DNA of 64,000 nt from Octopus sinensis (GCF_006345805.1 NC_043013.1:41788001-41852000), one strand, 5' to 3'. Shown: positions 1 through 15,818, counted from the stretch's first letter. Made by a program: numbers and translations. Notes: generated by a model from the sequence alone, not told the origin.

Positions 1-133
1 TCAACGAACTGCTAGGTAATTGGTAGGTAAACAAACCAGCATCGGTTGTCAGGCGTTGAACATAAACACAAACCACACACACACACGAGTAAACATATTT
101 ATATATATATGTGTGTATGTGTTTGTGTCTCGT

Positions 134-282
134 ATACGTAAATACATACATACATACATACACACATACATACATACATACATACATACATACATACATA
201 CATACACACATACATACATTCATACATACATACATACATACATACATACATACATACATACATACATACATGCATACATACA

Positions 283-316
<34 letters not shown>

Positions 317-645
317 CATACATACATACATATATACATACATACATACATACATACATACATACACACATACATACATTCATACATACATACAACATAC
401 ATACATACATACATACATACATACATACATACATACATACATACGTACATACATACATGCCTGCATACATACATACATACATACATACAAACATACATAC
501 ATACATACATACATACATACATACATACATACATACATACATACATACATACATACATACATACATACATACAAACATACATACATACATACATACATAC
601 ATACATACATACATACATACATACATACATACATACACACATTCA

Positions 646-677
<32 letters not shown>

Positions 678-710
678 CATACAAACATACATACATACAT
701 ACATACATAC
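134..710 (+). repeat. (TACA)n microsatellite
   Basis: Near-continuous ATAC/TACA tetramers; source of the HTYI/MYVC ORFs. Confidence 0.97.
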
Positions 711-1116
711 AATAGTAATTTGGAATAGAAAAGAGAAACTGTGTACAGTTGTGGAAATCAGCCGCCCAGTGGATGTTAACATAAAGCTGAGGATCAGCGA
801 AAAAGAAAATACCACGAATTATTAAGAAATCGGCAGTTACTCTATCCAGATTACAGGTTCAGGTTTATACCTGTAATTACTGGGGCACTGGGATATGTAA
901 CACAGCCTAAATACCAATCTTGAGAAATTAGGCTCCATAAAATCAGAAAGGAGAACGCTAATTCGAAAACTATAAATACAAGCCATCACTGGAACTGTAA
1001 AAATCTGTAAAACTTTCCCGAAGTTTATCATTTAAGTATATATGAGCATGTCTAGATATGCAAGTATATGCATGAGAAGGTATCCATAAAACAGAACATA
1101 CCCATCTGCACATCAT
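711..1116 (+). mobile_element. 5'-truncated RLE-type non-LTR retrotransposon 3' end (Dong/R4-like), frameshifted
   Basis: Translates across frames as IVIWNRKEKLCTVVEISRPVDVNIKLRISEKEN...YPDYRFRFIPVITGALGYV...ITGTVKICKTF, the restriction-like endonuclease C-terminus; stop at 1033-1035; (TACA)n on both sides. Confidence 0.8.
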
Positions 1117-1706
1117 AATACATACATACATACATACATACATACATACATACATACATACATACATACATAGAATATATCAGGTAATCTCATTCAATTA
1201 AATTAGTTGTCTACCTGTGTAAAACGATAAACGTCTACGTGTAAAAGTTAGGTCGGAATGCTCCGGAGAACAACGTGACATGCAACAACAACAACAACAC
1301 AACAACAACAACACTAGCAACAACGATCAATTAGCTAAGTATTGTGTTACAGCACTGTTTTAAGTTGCTAGCTTGAATCTGGCGAACATTCCACATTGTC
1401 GTTATCGATGATATCAACACGAGATACCGTGTGATAAACATGCAACGCGTTTATCTCACGGTAAATTCCTGAATGGAATGGAAATGTGATAACAGCGGTG
1501 CGTAGCTACCTATCTCTCTCAGCGATACACTTTGAATTTGCTGGCGGCTGGCTGCCATTGCAGGAAAACCATACTAATAATCAATACCGTGATTTTCTTC
1601 ATTAAATCTCTCTGTTCGTCTGCAGCACCGCCTTGCAATATACTAACCAACGTATACATAGATACATACATGCATACATATATGCATACATATACACGTA
1701 CGTACA

Positions 1707-1751
<45 letters not shown>

Positions 1752-2609
1752 GTACGTAAGCACGTAAGAACCTACGTACATGCATACATATATACATACA
1801 TACACGAGTGTGTACGAACATTTATTCATATATATATATATATACAGGTATGCATACAAACACACACATATATACATAGGTATACATACATACATACATA
1901 CATATATATAGATACACACATCCATACATGCACATACATGCATACAAACACACATACATACATGCATACACACATACATACATACATACATACATACATA
2001 CAAGGGTGCGTACGATCATTTATTCATATACATATATATATATAGGTATACACACGCACACACACACACTCACACACCCACACACCCACACATATATAGG
2101 TATACGCATACATACATGCATACATACACATACACATACATACACACATACATACTTACATGCAGGCATGAATACCTACATACATACATAATACATACAT
2201 AAATACACTCATACATACATACATACAAACATACATACACACATGCATACATACATATACACACGCATGCATACATTCATACACTCATTTAGGTAGATGT
2301 GAACACGTGTTTGTTTATTCGTGTACAAAAATTACATGCGCACCCGCTACATGAGTTTGAGTTTGTCCACTGATATACATTTATACACGCATATATACAC
2401 TCGCTAATTCACGTATTCACAAACTCCCAAGAGCTGTATTGAGCTAAACAAAAGAACCTTGTCACTTTGTTAGTTACCGGCTGGAATACTCCAAAGAAAA
2501 TGATTTTTCCCCGACCGCCACTACCACCACCACTCCAAAAAGTTATGTATATGTAAGTGAATATGCATCTGTATACATGTATGTGTTTGTTGCGGGTGTG
2601 TGGGTGTGT

Positions 2610-2661
<52 letters not shown>

Positions 2662-3124
2662 ATATACATATAAATATCTATATATATATATATATAGGTA
2701 TATATATACAGTTACATGTATATGTATATATATATATATATGTGTGTGTGTGCGTGTATGTATGTATGTATTTGTAAATACGCACAGATATACATACATA
2801 TATACGTACATGTATATACACATAGGTACAGACAGACAGACAGACATACATATTGAAAGATAGATAGATAGATAGATAGATAGTTGAAAGTTTGCTTCCC
2901 AACGACGTGGTTCCAGGTTCAGTCTCACTGCGTGGAACCTAGAGCAAGTTTGTTTCTGCCCACGTAGCCTAGCGACTCGGCAAATGAACCGATAGAATAA
3001 GTACCATGCTTTAAAAGAACGTACGGGAGTCGAGTCATTGGACTAGAACATTCCCCAAGATGGTGTTTCAGAATGTCCGCAGTCTATGGTTGAAACCAGT
3101 AAAAGATACAAGGTCTTTAGATAT

Positions 3125-3210
3125 ATATACAGGGGCTTGACAAAATAATGGAAACACCTAGCATTATAGCATCATAATTTTGAAGTATCTATAGAACCGC
3201 CAAAAGCTTG
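3125..3210 (+). mobile_element. Tc1-like terminal inverted repeat remnant
   Basis: TA-CAGGGGCTTGACAAAATAATGGAAACACC; the same GACAAAATAATGGAAACACC motif recurs near 23460 after TA. Confidence 0.55.
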
Positions 3211-3534
3211 TTTTTTTATTTATTATTAGTGTTGCTTAACATGTTTTCCTAAAATTGCTGTTTCGATATAAAGGTAATTATACATGCATGTATATATATG
3301 TATATATATACACATATACATACATGTGTATATACGTAAGTGTGTGTATGTGTAAAAATGTGTGCGTGTGCCTGTGTGTATGTAACCAATACGAAGAGGT
3401 CGCATACCCTTAGAAATATATACACACACACTACACACGCTGACTTATAAACGCATACGCATACACATATACCCTATAAACAACAATTAACTCCACATAC
3501 ACACACGCACGCGCACACGCACACACACACACAC

Positions 3535-3574
<40 letters not shown>

Positions 3575-4037
3575 ACACACACACACACAGAAACGTGTCT
3601 TGCCTGCAACCAGTTTTTTTTTCACTTTTATTTCTTTCCTTTTGTTACCAACGGCAGAATAAGAATGAGAATCAAACGGAATAACAAACACGGTACTGAA
3701 GGAATACTTAAGATAAAAATTAACATAGAATGGCTACTTTTCCTAAATTACATGATATGAGAAAAACGCATTCGGAATTCAACTGAATTTAACTGTATAG
3801 AATACAAGAATAGCAGAATGATCGATTAGTAGGTTAACAGAAACAATAAACTGATGTGTTGATTAGAACACAAAGTCTTTAATAGCATGAACGTTTAAAA
3901 ATACATGCAAAACGTGTATAATAATAATATGCAAACACACACACATATTCATATATGAATGCAAGTACGAATTTGTGTGTATATATGTATGTTTGTATGC
4001 ACACATGAATGTATGTATGTATGTATTTTTGTATGTA

Positions 4038-4341
4038 GTCATTAAGCGAGATAGATGAGTGACAACCTGGCCACTGGTGGTGGTGTATCACACCATACTA
4101 ATCATATCTGTTGGGCATGTGGAAGAGAGTGTAATTCGGCAGGAGGACTTAAACGACATGCAAAGGTACATGAAGCCCAGTTACAACTACAGCCGGCTAT
4201 TACCAGTAAAGGTTTTAGTTGCCAACTCTGTACAAGATATTGTAGATCTTTAGCTGGGCTAAAAAGTCACATTCGATCACATCACCAGTAACAGTTAAGC
4301 TTCGTGCAATGGCCATACTCGATTATGAGGGGGCAGCCATA
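4038..4341 (+). mobile_element. 5'-truncated RTE-like LINE 3' end encoding two C2H2 zinc fingers
   Basis: ORF 4055-4291 has two C-x2-C-x12-H-x3-H motifs, then a short RTE-like 3' UTR; 13-bp target-site duplication ATTTTTGTATGTA at 4025-4037 and 4342-4354. Confidence 0.75.
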
Positions 4342-5214
4342 ATTTTTGTATGTAAGCATGCATGCATGTTTGCGTGTATGCCTGCATTTTATGCGTTGTT
4401 TATACGGTTATTGGGTATTGGCTGCGGAATTTCGTCCAGGGAAAATCCCGTCAAGATGTTCAATGTTAAAAAGTATTCAATACCTCGGCTGGTTTTAGGT
4501 ATTGTCTTTTAAAACATTGGACATGCTAAAGGTGATTTGTTTCCGCCGACGAAATTCTGCAGTTAATAAGCGTGTAGACGAAACACATTTGTTGGGTATT
4601 TGCCATCGATACTATTTACGTTATTATCGCAGTTTCTGATTCAAAATCACACACGCAAACACACACACACACTCACGCACACACGCGCATAAATATACAT
4701 AGTGAGAAGTTTTTTTGTTGGATAATGTATATATATTTGTGTGTATGTATATATGTGCATGTGCGCGTGTGTGTGTGTGTGTATTATGAAATAAAATATT
4801 TACATAGTCGTCCGGTTTCGCTTATGCTAATCATGACTATGAAGTTAGCGGTAATGTTAGAGTTTCATACTCTCTTAAGATTTTATTCCATGTCACTGGG
4901 TGGAAAGATATTTTGTGGGTGTATATATACACACCAGACAAATGTGACTACTTTTTCATCAGTAAACAACTTTTAAACCGAAGATTTGGCTCCACAAGAA
5001 TAAATCACTATCAGATTATATTGCGAGGAACGCATCCTTTAATATTCGGTTACTGTATCCTGAGCTCATTCGTTCTTGTGGAGCACAAACCTATATATAT
5101 ATATGTGTGCGTGTGTATGTTTGTACGTGTGTGTGTGTATATATGTATATGTATATGTATATAATATATATATATACATATATTATATATATGTATATTT
5201 ATACATATTCATCC

Positions 5215-5278
<64 letters not shown>

Positions 5279-5441
5279 GTATATATACAAATATATGTAT
5301 ATATATATATACACTCATGCAAAAAAATATAGATATATATATTACATATATAGTTGTATACATACATATCTATATACGTATTATATATATATATATATAT
5401 ACATGCATATACATATATACATATACATATATACATATATA

Positions 5442-5492
<51 letters not shown>

Positions 5493-6073
5493 ATATACAT
5501 ATAGATACATACATATATATATAGATAGATGTGTGTGCGTGTGTGCGTGTGTGTGTGTGTGTGTGTTAAAATAAACATACAAAGATTCAGTAGGACCTGC
5601 GGCGACTTCTCTCGGTAAGAATTCCTTTTAGACAGTTTCAAAATGCTGATACTGAATTCTTGTAAAATTCGCATCGCTGGTGTTGTCCCTCCCTTCTTGT
5701 AAAAGTTTCTACACAATTAATTTCTTTCTTCGAGCATTTGTCTTCAGGAACCCTCTTCCAACTTGTTTCCCTCCGATATAATCTTAATACTTTTAAATCT
5801 TGAATTGATCGTTTTAGTGCCTTTTATGGCCTCTTCTCTTTAGATCTCTCACCTTTTTTTATTTAAAAAATTTTTTTCTCTCTTTTACTTTTGTAACTCC
5901 AGAGACAAAATGGCTGCTTGAGGCCAGCTTTAGTGCTGGTTACTCGGTATCTTGTCGTGAATGGCTTCTGTAATCCCCACCACAAAAAGAAAAATGGAAA
6001 TCGTTTCACCAATTCAGGAAAAAGCCTTCTTTATGGTATTTGTATGTTTGTTGTTGTCATCGTCGTTATTATC

Positions 6074-6139
<66 letters not shown>

Positions 6140-6140
6140 T

Positions 6141-7170
6141 AAGGCGGTGAGCCACCAGCATCTTTAGTACGCCGGGCAAAATGCTTAGTGGCATTTCGTC
6201 TGTCTTTAAGTTCTGAGTTGAAATTCGGCCGAGGCCGACTCTGCCTTTCCTCCTTCCCGTTTTCGTCCATTACCTTTTCCGGTGCATGTTGATATCAAGC
6301 GCCCGTTACCTCGTATCCATACTTCCGTCATAGTAGCCAACGAAGGTTTCGAACGACCTCGTCCTGTCTGCACTTGTACTCTTTCTGCGCGGACCGTAAC
6401 TAAATAATAATGGCTTCCAGTTTAGCCACATATCTAGCAATTTTGATGGGAAGAGATTAGTTAATAGCATCGGCCCCAGCACATGACTGGTACTTTATTA
6501 TATCAATTTTCGGAAAGGATGAAAGGCAAAGTTGACCTCACTAGGATTTGAATACAGAAAGTAGAGAGCGGGGGAAAAAAAACACCGCAAAGATGCTCCA
6601 TCGAAATACACGATCGACACTTTTTTTTATTGATCCCTGAGGAATGAAAGACAAATTAATCCACGCGGGATTTGAACTCGGAACGTAAAGTGCCGAAAGA
6701 AATGTTACTAAGCATTTTGTAGGCGTGCTTTTTATTGATGGCACAAGACCTGAAACAGAGGAGAGGCCTAGTCAGTTACATGGACTCTAGAGCTCGACTG
6801 GTATTTATTTTATCGTCCTCGAAAGGATGAAAGATAAAGTCGACCCCGATGGAATTTGAACTCAGAACGCAAAGCCGAGAGAAATGCTGCAAAGCATTTT
6901 GTCCGGTGTGCTAGCGATTCAACCAACCCGATGCTTTTAGCTAGACAATAATTGCTTGTACTATATATAGGCACGAAGCCAGAAATTTTGAGGGATGGGG
7001 TTAGTGGATTACATCAAAGCCGGTACTTGATTTGTATTTATTTCATCGACCTCGAAAGGATAAATGGCAAAGCCAGCCTTGGCAGCATTTGAACTCAGAA
7101 AGTAAATCAGGAAGAAATGCCGTTTAGCATTTGGTTCGGCGTTTTAACAATTCTGCCTGATCACCGCCTT
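6141..7170. mobile_element. Cluster of degenerate Nin/Deu-core SINE (family B) copies
   Basis: Repeated matches to gttctgagttcaaattccgccgaggtcgactttgcctttcatcctttcggggtcgat: one plus copy at 6141, several minus copies at 6420-7170. Confidence 0.8.
6274..6399 (-). CDS. Candidate host exon (unidentified protein)
   Basis: CpG-rich unique island; acceptor ttattatttag at 6400-6401; two possible donors, GAG|gtaacg (90 nt, YGPRRKSTSADRTRSFETFVGYYDGSMDT) or AAG|gtaatg (126 nt, TVRAERVQVQTGRGRSKPSLATMTEVWIRGNGRLISTCTGK), both frame-preserving. Confidence 0.25.
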
Positions 7171-7599
7171 TAGCTAAACAATAAGTTCAATGATAAAGTG
7201 TGTTTGGTTGAGCTGTCAATAACTAGCGCTAGTCAGACCAATAAGCAGATATAGTGTCTATATCTGCTTATTGGTCGACCAACGAAGATATTTCAATCAT
7301 GATCTTTGTGTCCATCTAAGACTACTACATTGTCTAATGTGGCCTTCCTTTCTAAAAATAACAAGGCGTGATTTAAAGGAGTTTTGGTTTCTATTTCTAG
7401 CAGATAGACCATTTTGCAGCGACTCCTTTGTTGGCTCCTCAAAAACTGTGATTGTGATGTATTTATTGTTGTTTTGTCCGAATTCAGAAGAGCTAAATCA
7501 AATATATGGTCGAATATATCTCAGCCGTAACCTTCTCGTCTATTTTCAGACATAGTGTACTCAAAACGACATTTATCTAATGTATTTTTGCTCCTTTTT

Positions 7600-8350
7600 G
7601 TCTTAATGATTCAATATGGTGAAGGCTTCAACAGAAGATTTGGGGGAGAGAGAAGGAGACAGAAAAAGAGAGACGCAGAGATACACAGACACAGAGACAC
7701 ACAAACAGTCAGACAGACAGACATTCAGATAGACATACGTTAGACAGACAGACATATAGGCAGGCAAGCAGACAGGCAGAGACACTGGATTATTGATGAT
7801 ATGAAAGGGGAGAGTTAGTGATATAATGAGCGATGCAATAATAACGGCGATAAGAGAGGGGGGTGGGTAATAACGGCAATGATAATAAATATGCGTATGT
7901 GAGCAAAGGAGAGAGGGAGAGAGAGAGACGAGATAATGATTTTAAGAGAGACAGACAAACAGGGGATAAAAAGGTTAATAAGAGTGTGGGAGAGAAAAGG
8001 AGACAAGATAAAATGGCCACATGAGAGAGGGAGAGAGGGAACAATGGCAATAAGAGAGACAGAGAGAAAGAGAGGGAGAGGGAGCGGGAGAAGAATGAAA
8101 GAGAAAGAAAGACGATATAAAATGGTGGTACGAGAGAGATGAAAGATAATAATTGCAATAAAAATACGTGTGAGAAAGAGAGAGACAAAATAATAATTGC
8201 GATATGGGAGAGAGATGGTGAGAGAGAACAAGCCAAGGAGATGGGATAAAAATGACGATAAGAGAGAGCTTGTGTGTGAGGTACACAAAGAGGGAAAGAG
8301 GGAGAGACGGGACAATAATGGTGGTAAAAGAACTATTATTTGCACAAAAG
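7600..8350 (+). repeat. GA-rich low-complexity tract
   Basis: Degenerate (GA)n/(GACA)n; produces the S/L-rich minus ORFs. Confidence 0.8.
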
Positions 8351-8654
8351 AATGAGACATCCATTGAAATAGGACTGAATAGCGCTGAAAATGTTAGATA
8401 TTAACAATAAACATAAATATAATAGATGAAAGCGGTGTAACGTACGTAACATGTGATATAGATACAGCATAATAATGTAGGATTTATTTATGTTACGTAA
8501 GAGATTATATATTTCGGATTTGTACTGGTTTGGCTATGATATATGACTAGAATTGGTCTGTTGAATCTAAAGCAGTTCACATCATGACAAAGACAATAGC
8601 TTATCGAATGATCTGCAGCATGCACGAGAGGTTTCGCTGAAAGGTGCGGATGAA

Positions 8655-8888
8655 AGGCGGCGAGCTGGAAGAAACGTTAGCATGCCGGGCGAAATGCGTA
8701 GCCGTATTTTGTCTGCCGTTACGGTTCTGAGTTCAAATTCCGCCGAGGTCGACTTTGCCTTTCATCCTTTCGGGGGTCGATAAATTAAGTACCAGTTACG
8801 CACTGGGGTCGATGTAATCGACTTAATCCCTTTGTCTGTCCTTGTTTGTCCTCTCTGTGTTTAGCCCCTATTGGGTAGTAAAGAAATA
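8655..8888 (+). mobile_element. SINE family B (tRNA-like head, Nin/Deu-like core)
   Basis: ggcggcgagctgg...gaaacgttagca head, gcctttcatcctttcgggg-tcgataaattaagtaccag core, tail ending aaagaaataggta. Confidence 0.85.
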
Positions 8889-8889
8889 G

Positions 8890-9160
8890 GTACGGATGAG
8901 AGAATTAGTGTTGCGAAGGCTAAGATATTGTTTCTCTCTTGAAAGTCTTCCCAGTGTGCTTTGCATGTTAGTGGAGCATCACTGAAACGAGGGGGGAAGT
9001 TTAAATGTCTCAGAGTCGTATTCACGCGTGATAGGAAACAGGACACGGAAGTGGATACTGGAACTGCAGGGGCTGGCACAGTAATGCGCTGGCATTCGAT
9101 CGTCAGAAGACGAGAGGTTAGTAAAAAAGCATATATGGTGTGTCATCTACAATACATTCT
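8890..9160 (+). mobile_element. RTE-clade reverse transcriptase fragment, degenerate
   Basis: MRISVAK...MHVSGASLKRGGKFKCLRVVFTRDRKQDTEVDT...SIVRRREVSKKA resembles the RTE RT C-terminal region (consensus VEKFKYLGVVFT..G). Confidence 0.65.
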
Positions 9161-9355
9161 ATAATTATTGTATCAATTTATTTTTTATCGTTGTAATGAG
9201 ATACTATATTTAATGGCTTGAGACGTGCATTTTCCCACCTAAAATGGCTTACGAAAATTAACCCCTGACTTATAAACACAAGATCTGAGTTTAGGTTACT
9301 TAAATACGGTAAATATAAAAATATGTCACAAGTAAGATAAATAGAAATAACAAAA

Positions 9356-9455
9356 NNNNNNNNNNNNNNNNNNNNNNNNNNNNNNNNNNNNNNNNNNNNN
9401 NNNNNNNNNNNNNNNNNNNNNNNNNNNNNNNNNNNNNNNNNNNNNNNNNNNNNNN
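9356..9455. other. Assembly gap (100 N)
   Basis: Exactly 100 N, typical of a fixed-size scaffolding gap. Confidence 0.98.
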
Positions 9456-9655
9456 AGAATCGTTAGCTGCGGGGCAATATCCTTTGCGGCATTTCGTCCG
9501 GTTCTGCGTTCTAAGTTCAAATTCCGCCGAGGTCCATTTTGCTTTTCATCTTTTCGAGGGGAGATAAATTAAGTACCAGTTGCTTACTGGTGTCGATTTA
9601 ATCGATTGGCAACCTCCCCAAAAATTTCAGGCCTTGTGCCTATAGTAGAAAGTAT

Positions 9656-9689
<34 letters not shown>

Positions 9690-10295
9690 ATAAAAGTGGT
9701 GAGCTGGCAGAAACGTTAGCACACCGGGCGAAATGCGTAGCCATATTTCGTCTGCCGCTACGTTCTGAGTTCAAATTCCACCCAGGTCGACTTTGCCTTT
9801 CATCCTTTCGGGGTCGATAAATTAAGTACTAGTTATGCACTGGGGTCAATATAATCGACTTAATCCGTTTATCTGTCCTTGTTTGTCCTCTCTGTGTTTA
9901 GCCCCTTGTGGATGGTAAAGAAATAGGTATTTCCTCTTCCGTTACGTTCTGAGTTCAAATTCCGCCGAGGTCGACTTTGCTTTTCATCCTTTTGGGGTCG
10001 AAAAATTAACTACCGGTTACACACGGGAGTTGATCTCATCAACTTAATCCCTTTGTCTGTCCTTGTTTGTCCCCTCAATGTTTAGACCCTTGTGGACAAT
10101 CAAGAAATAAGAAACGTTGGCACGCCGGGCAAAAATTTCAGTCTTTACGGTCTGAGTTGAAATTTCGTCAAAGTCGACTTAGCCTTTCTTCTTCCTGGGA
10201 TCGATAAAATAAGTACCAGCTGAATACTGTAGTTGACGTAATCGACTGACCTATTCACCTGAAATTACTGACCTAGTGCCAAATTTTGAAATTAA
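9456..10295 (+). mobile_element. Tandem cluster of SINE family B copies
   Basis: About four head-to-tail partial or complete units. Confidence 0.85.
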
Positions 10296-10375
10296 TATTA
10301 TTATTGAGTGAGAGAGCAGCGCATACAATTAAAGTGACACTGGGGTAGAAATCTACGAAGTCCAATATACCCATC

Positions 10376-10679
10376 GTAGAGGCACATGGCCTAGTGGTTA
10401 GAGCAGCGGACTCGCGGTCCAGGGATCGCGGGCTCGAATCTCAGACCGGGCGATGTCTGTGTTTATGAGAGAAAACACCTAAGCTCCACGCGGCTCCAGC
10501 AGAAGGTAATGGCGAACTTCTGCTGACTCTTTCTCCACAACTTTCTCTTACTCATTCCTCCTGCATCTTGCAGCTCACCTGCGACGGACCGGCGTCCCGT
10601 CCAAGTGGTTAACCCATATGCCAAAGAAACTGGGAAACCAACCCTGTGAGCCAGGGATGGCTCGAGAAGGAACAAACAA
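10376..10679 (+). mobile_element. tRNA(Arg)-like-headed SINE with target-site duplication
   Basis: Head with A box (tggcctagtggttag) and B box (ggctcgaatc); tail ending gaaggaacaaacaac; 13-bp TSD CAATATACCCATC at 10363-10375 and 10680-10692. Confidence 0.85.
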
Positions 10680-11199
10680 CAATATACCCATCATGACTAC
10701 CCGTCTGATAAGGGTGCAGCAGGCACATGCATCACAACCATATGTGCACGAGATGTTGATCTCATATCTAGATAAACAGCGCATCATCTTGCAGGTGGGG
10801 CCTAGTTAGAATTTTCTTCTGGTCGAGTAGCCCATCCCGCTCAAAAAGTCCATGAATAAGGTTTGTTTAAGGATATTGAACGAAACACCCATGTTTCCAG
10901 AGGTGAAATATTCAAACCCCGAAGAATTCCTCTCGACACGTGGCTATGATGCTTCCCAACAACTCCTGCACGTGATGAGAGATGCACATATCGCCAGTCA
11001 CTAAGAGACATGCTCAACTGGTTAGTCAAACAACTGACAAGCAAATCTGTGGTATTGAGAAGAATATTTATTGTAGATCATCTTTTACACCAAAACAAAA
11101 CATATACATGATAACACTTTCAATCCGTTAGGATCAGAAGCCATGAGAACCAATGCCTGGTATTGCTTCAGGGCATTTATTATTGCTTTTATAATAATA

Positions 11200-11588
11200 A
11201 CTAGCAGTATCGCCCGGCGTTGCTTATGTTTGTTTCGACCCGCTGGAATTGGAATTTTTGAAAAGTAAAAATTTTGCATTATGTAGCTTGTTATTCTCTT
11301 CAAGTGAACATTTTTCTGGTTGAAATACACGGAAAAGTGGCGACACAGCAGTGAAAAAATCGTAAAAAATAGGGATTTTCATAGAAAAAAGCACCTTTTT
11401 CATGTAAATAATTTTTGGTGTTAACATGGTCTGATTTGAATTTTATCTTCTACGGAAGGAAGAGCAACCTTTCTTTTATCATACTCTCAATTTTGGTCAA
11501 CTTGCGCCGCAGGGTCTCGGAGGAGATAGTGTTAGTTGAAGGCTACCAAACCTGGCGCACACAATTTCAGCTTTATATAGAGAGAGAT
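11200..11588 (+). mobile_element. Helitron-like non-autonomous element
   Basis: Starts ACTAGCAGTATCGCCCGGCGTTGCT (identical 25-mer at 55926) and ends ctttatatagagagat; no TIR or TSD seen. Class assignment is inferred from resemblance to Lep1-type elements. Confidence 0.55.
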
Positions 11589-12690
11589 AACACACACACA
11601 TTAATACACATACATACACACACACACACACACACATGTATGTATGGATGTATGTATGTATACATGTACATCTGTCCACTTCTTGCCATATTTTTATCCT
11701 TCACTTCCTACACACACACACACACAGTCACACACACACACAAACACACACAAACACACACACACACACACATACGCACACGCACACGCACACACACACT
11801 CACCTTCTTAGCTTACAATTTCTTTCTTTCAACAATTGACAACTGAAGTACGCTCGCAAATTAATACTACGAAAACTTAGCGACAGAAAGTAAATTAAAA
11901 ACCAATTTACCTTTTCTGTTGAGTTATCATGGCAATTCGACCGTCTGATTTCCTTAAATCCGTCTCTTTTCTTCAACTGAACTTACTTCCTATCGTTTCT
12001 TAAAGTCCTTTGTGAAATCTAGGAGTGTTTTGTTTTTCTTTCTCGAGAAAGTTTTGTTTCCTCGACACTAAAAACTAACGGGAAGTAGACAACAGTCCCA
12101 GTACAATTGGTGTAATAGTGTAACTCATAATGTGAGCGGCTAGCATCTACTCACCATATGTCAGTGAATTGTTGGTGTGTGTTTGCAAATGTGTTCGAAT
12201 GAGAAAGTGAATTGTGTTTGGCGCCTTTTTTACTAATAACAAACGCACACGTGTGTGTGTGTGTTCGTTATGTATTTATTTGTTTCTGTTTCCTCTGTAT
12301 TTTTTTTTTTGAGTAGTGGTTTAAGGTACACTTGCAAAGAGAAAGTAGGAGAAAGTCTGGTAACAGAAGGAGTGAAGCAGTTGACATGAGAGAGGCAAAT
12401 CGTAAAATATTTAGTTTTCTCGAATTTTTGGTTAATTGGGGGTCAAATTTTAAAAAATCTATATGCCATGACCCAATCGAATCTACTTCGAAAAATCATA
12501 GGTAAATTCCAATTGAAGAAATTCTATATTGTAGAATTGTATTAAAAAGAAACATAGTCACAGGCAGAGAAAATCTGCCTTTTATCATAAGAGATTTTTT
12601 TTTCTCTTTATCACATGTTTTGTTGGAGCTCCTGGAACCTACAGTACCATGCTATTCGTTCTTTTCAGCTAATACTTTCCTGATTGTTCT

Positions 12691-12746
<56 letters not shown>

Positions 12747-12749
<3 letters not shown>

Positions 12750-13120
12750 TAGTTTTATTTTTATAGCGTGCTTTCACTTCACTACCGAGCGCAGCTCTGT
12801 GTGCCTTGGGTATGTGCTGTGATTTGTTGTGATGCTCTGATGGTTATTGTGTGGAAAGTGTTCTGCGTAGGATGTGTGCAGTGCCTAGTAGTGCAATTCT
12901 CTGTATGTTATATGTGTTTGTAAGTCCTGGTGTTTTTGTTATGTATTTGTCTGAATATTTTTTTATCATGCCTAATGCACCTACTATGATAGGAATTGTT
13001 TCTGTTTTCAGATTCCACATTCTAGTTACCTCTATTTCCAGGTCTTTGTATTTTGAGAGTTTCTCCATTTCTTTTAGAGACACGTTGTCATCTGCCGGTA
13101 TTGATACATCAATTAGAAAT
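12747..13120 (-). mobile_element. 5'-truncated Dong/R4-like RLE retrotransposon in (AAT)n
   Basis: FLIDVSIPADDNVSLKEMEKLSKYKDLEIEVTRMWNLKTETIPIIVGALGMI...ALLGTAHILRRTL; (AAT)n on both sides (about 12692-12746 and 13121-13147). Confidence 0.88.
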
Positions 13121-13207
13121 TTTATTATTATTATTATTATTATTATTTAAAATAGTTTGATTCTGCCCCAGGCTTTTTAGAGAAAACTAGATTTGGGTAA
13201 TATATAT

Positions 13208-13272
<65 letters not shown>

Positions 13273-13379
13273 ATGTGTGTGAGTGTGTGTGTATACAAAG
13301 TTATGTGTGTATGTGTGTGTGCGTGCGTGCGTGTGTGTATGTGTCTGTCTGTCTGTCCGTCTGAGGACATATACATACG

Positions 13380-15818
<2,439 letters not shown>

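Noticed and set aside
1519-1610. Signal-peptide-like MKKITVLIISMVFLQWQPAAS on the minus strand
   Set aside because: Stops after six more codons with only a weak donor; no supporting exon.
20-3700. Long ORFs rich in HTYI, MYVC, YI and CV
   Set aside because: Translations of stop-free microsatellites; the same applies to similar ORFs throughout the window.
4055-4291. Host C2H2 zinc-finger gene
   Set aside because: No TGEKP linkers; bounded by a 13-bp TSD and followed by an RTE-like 3' end, so it is a retroelement fragment.
5590-5840. Degenerate ORF-like stretch on the minus strand, possibly a transposase
   Set aside because: Contains stops and no motif I can assign with confidence.
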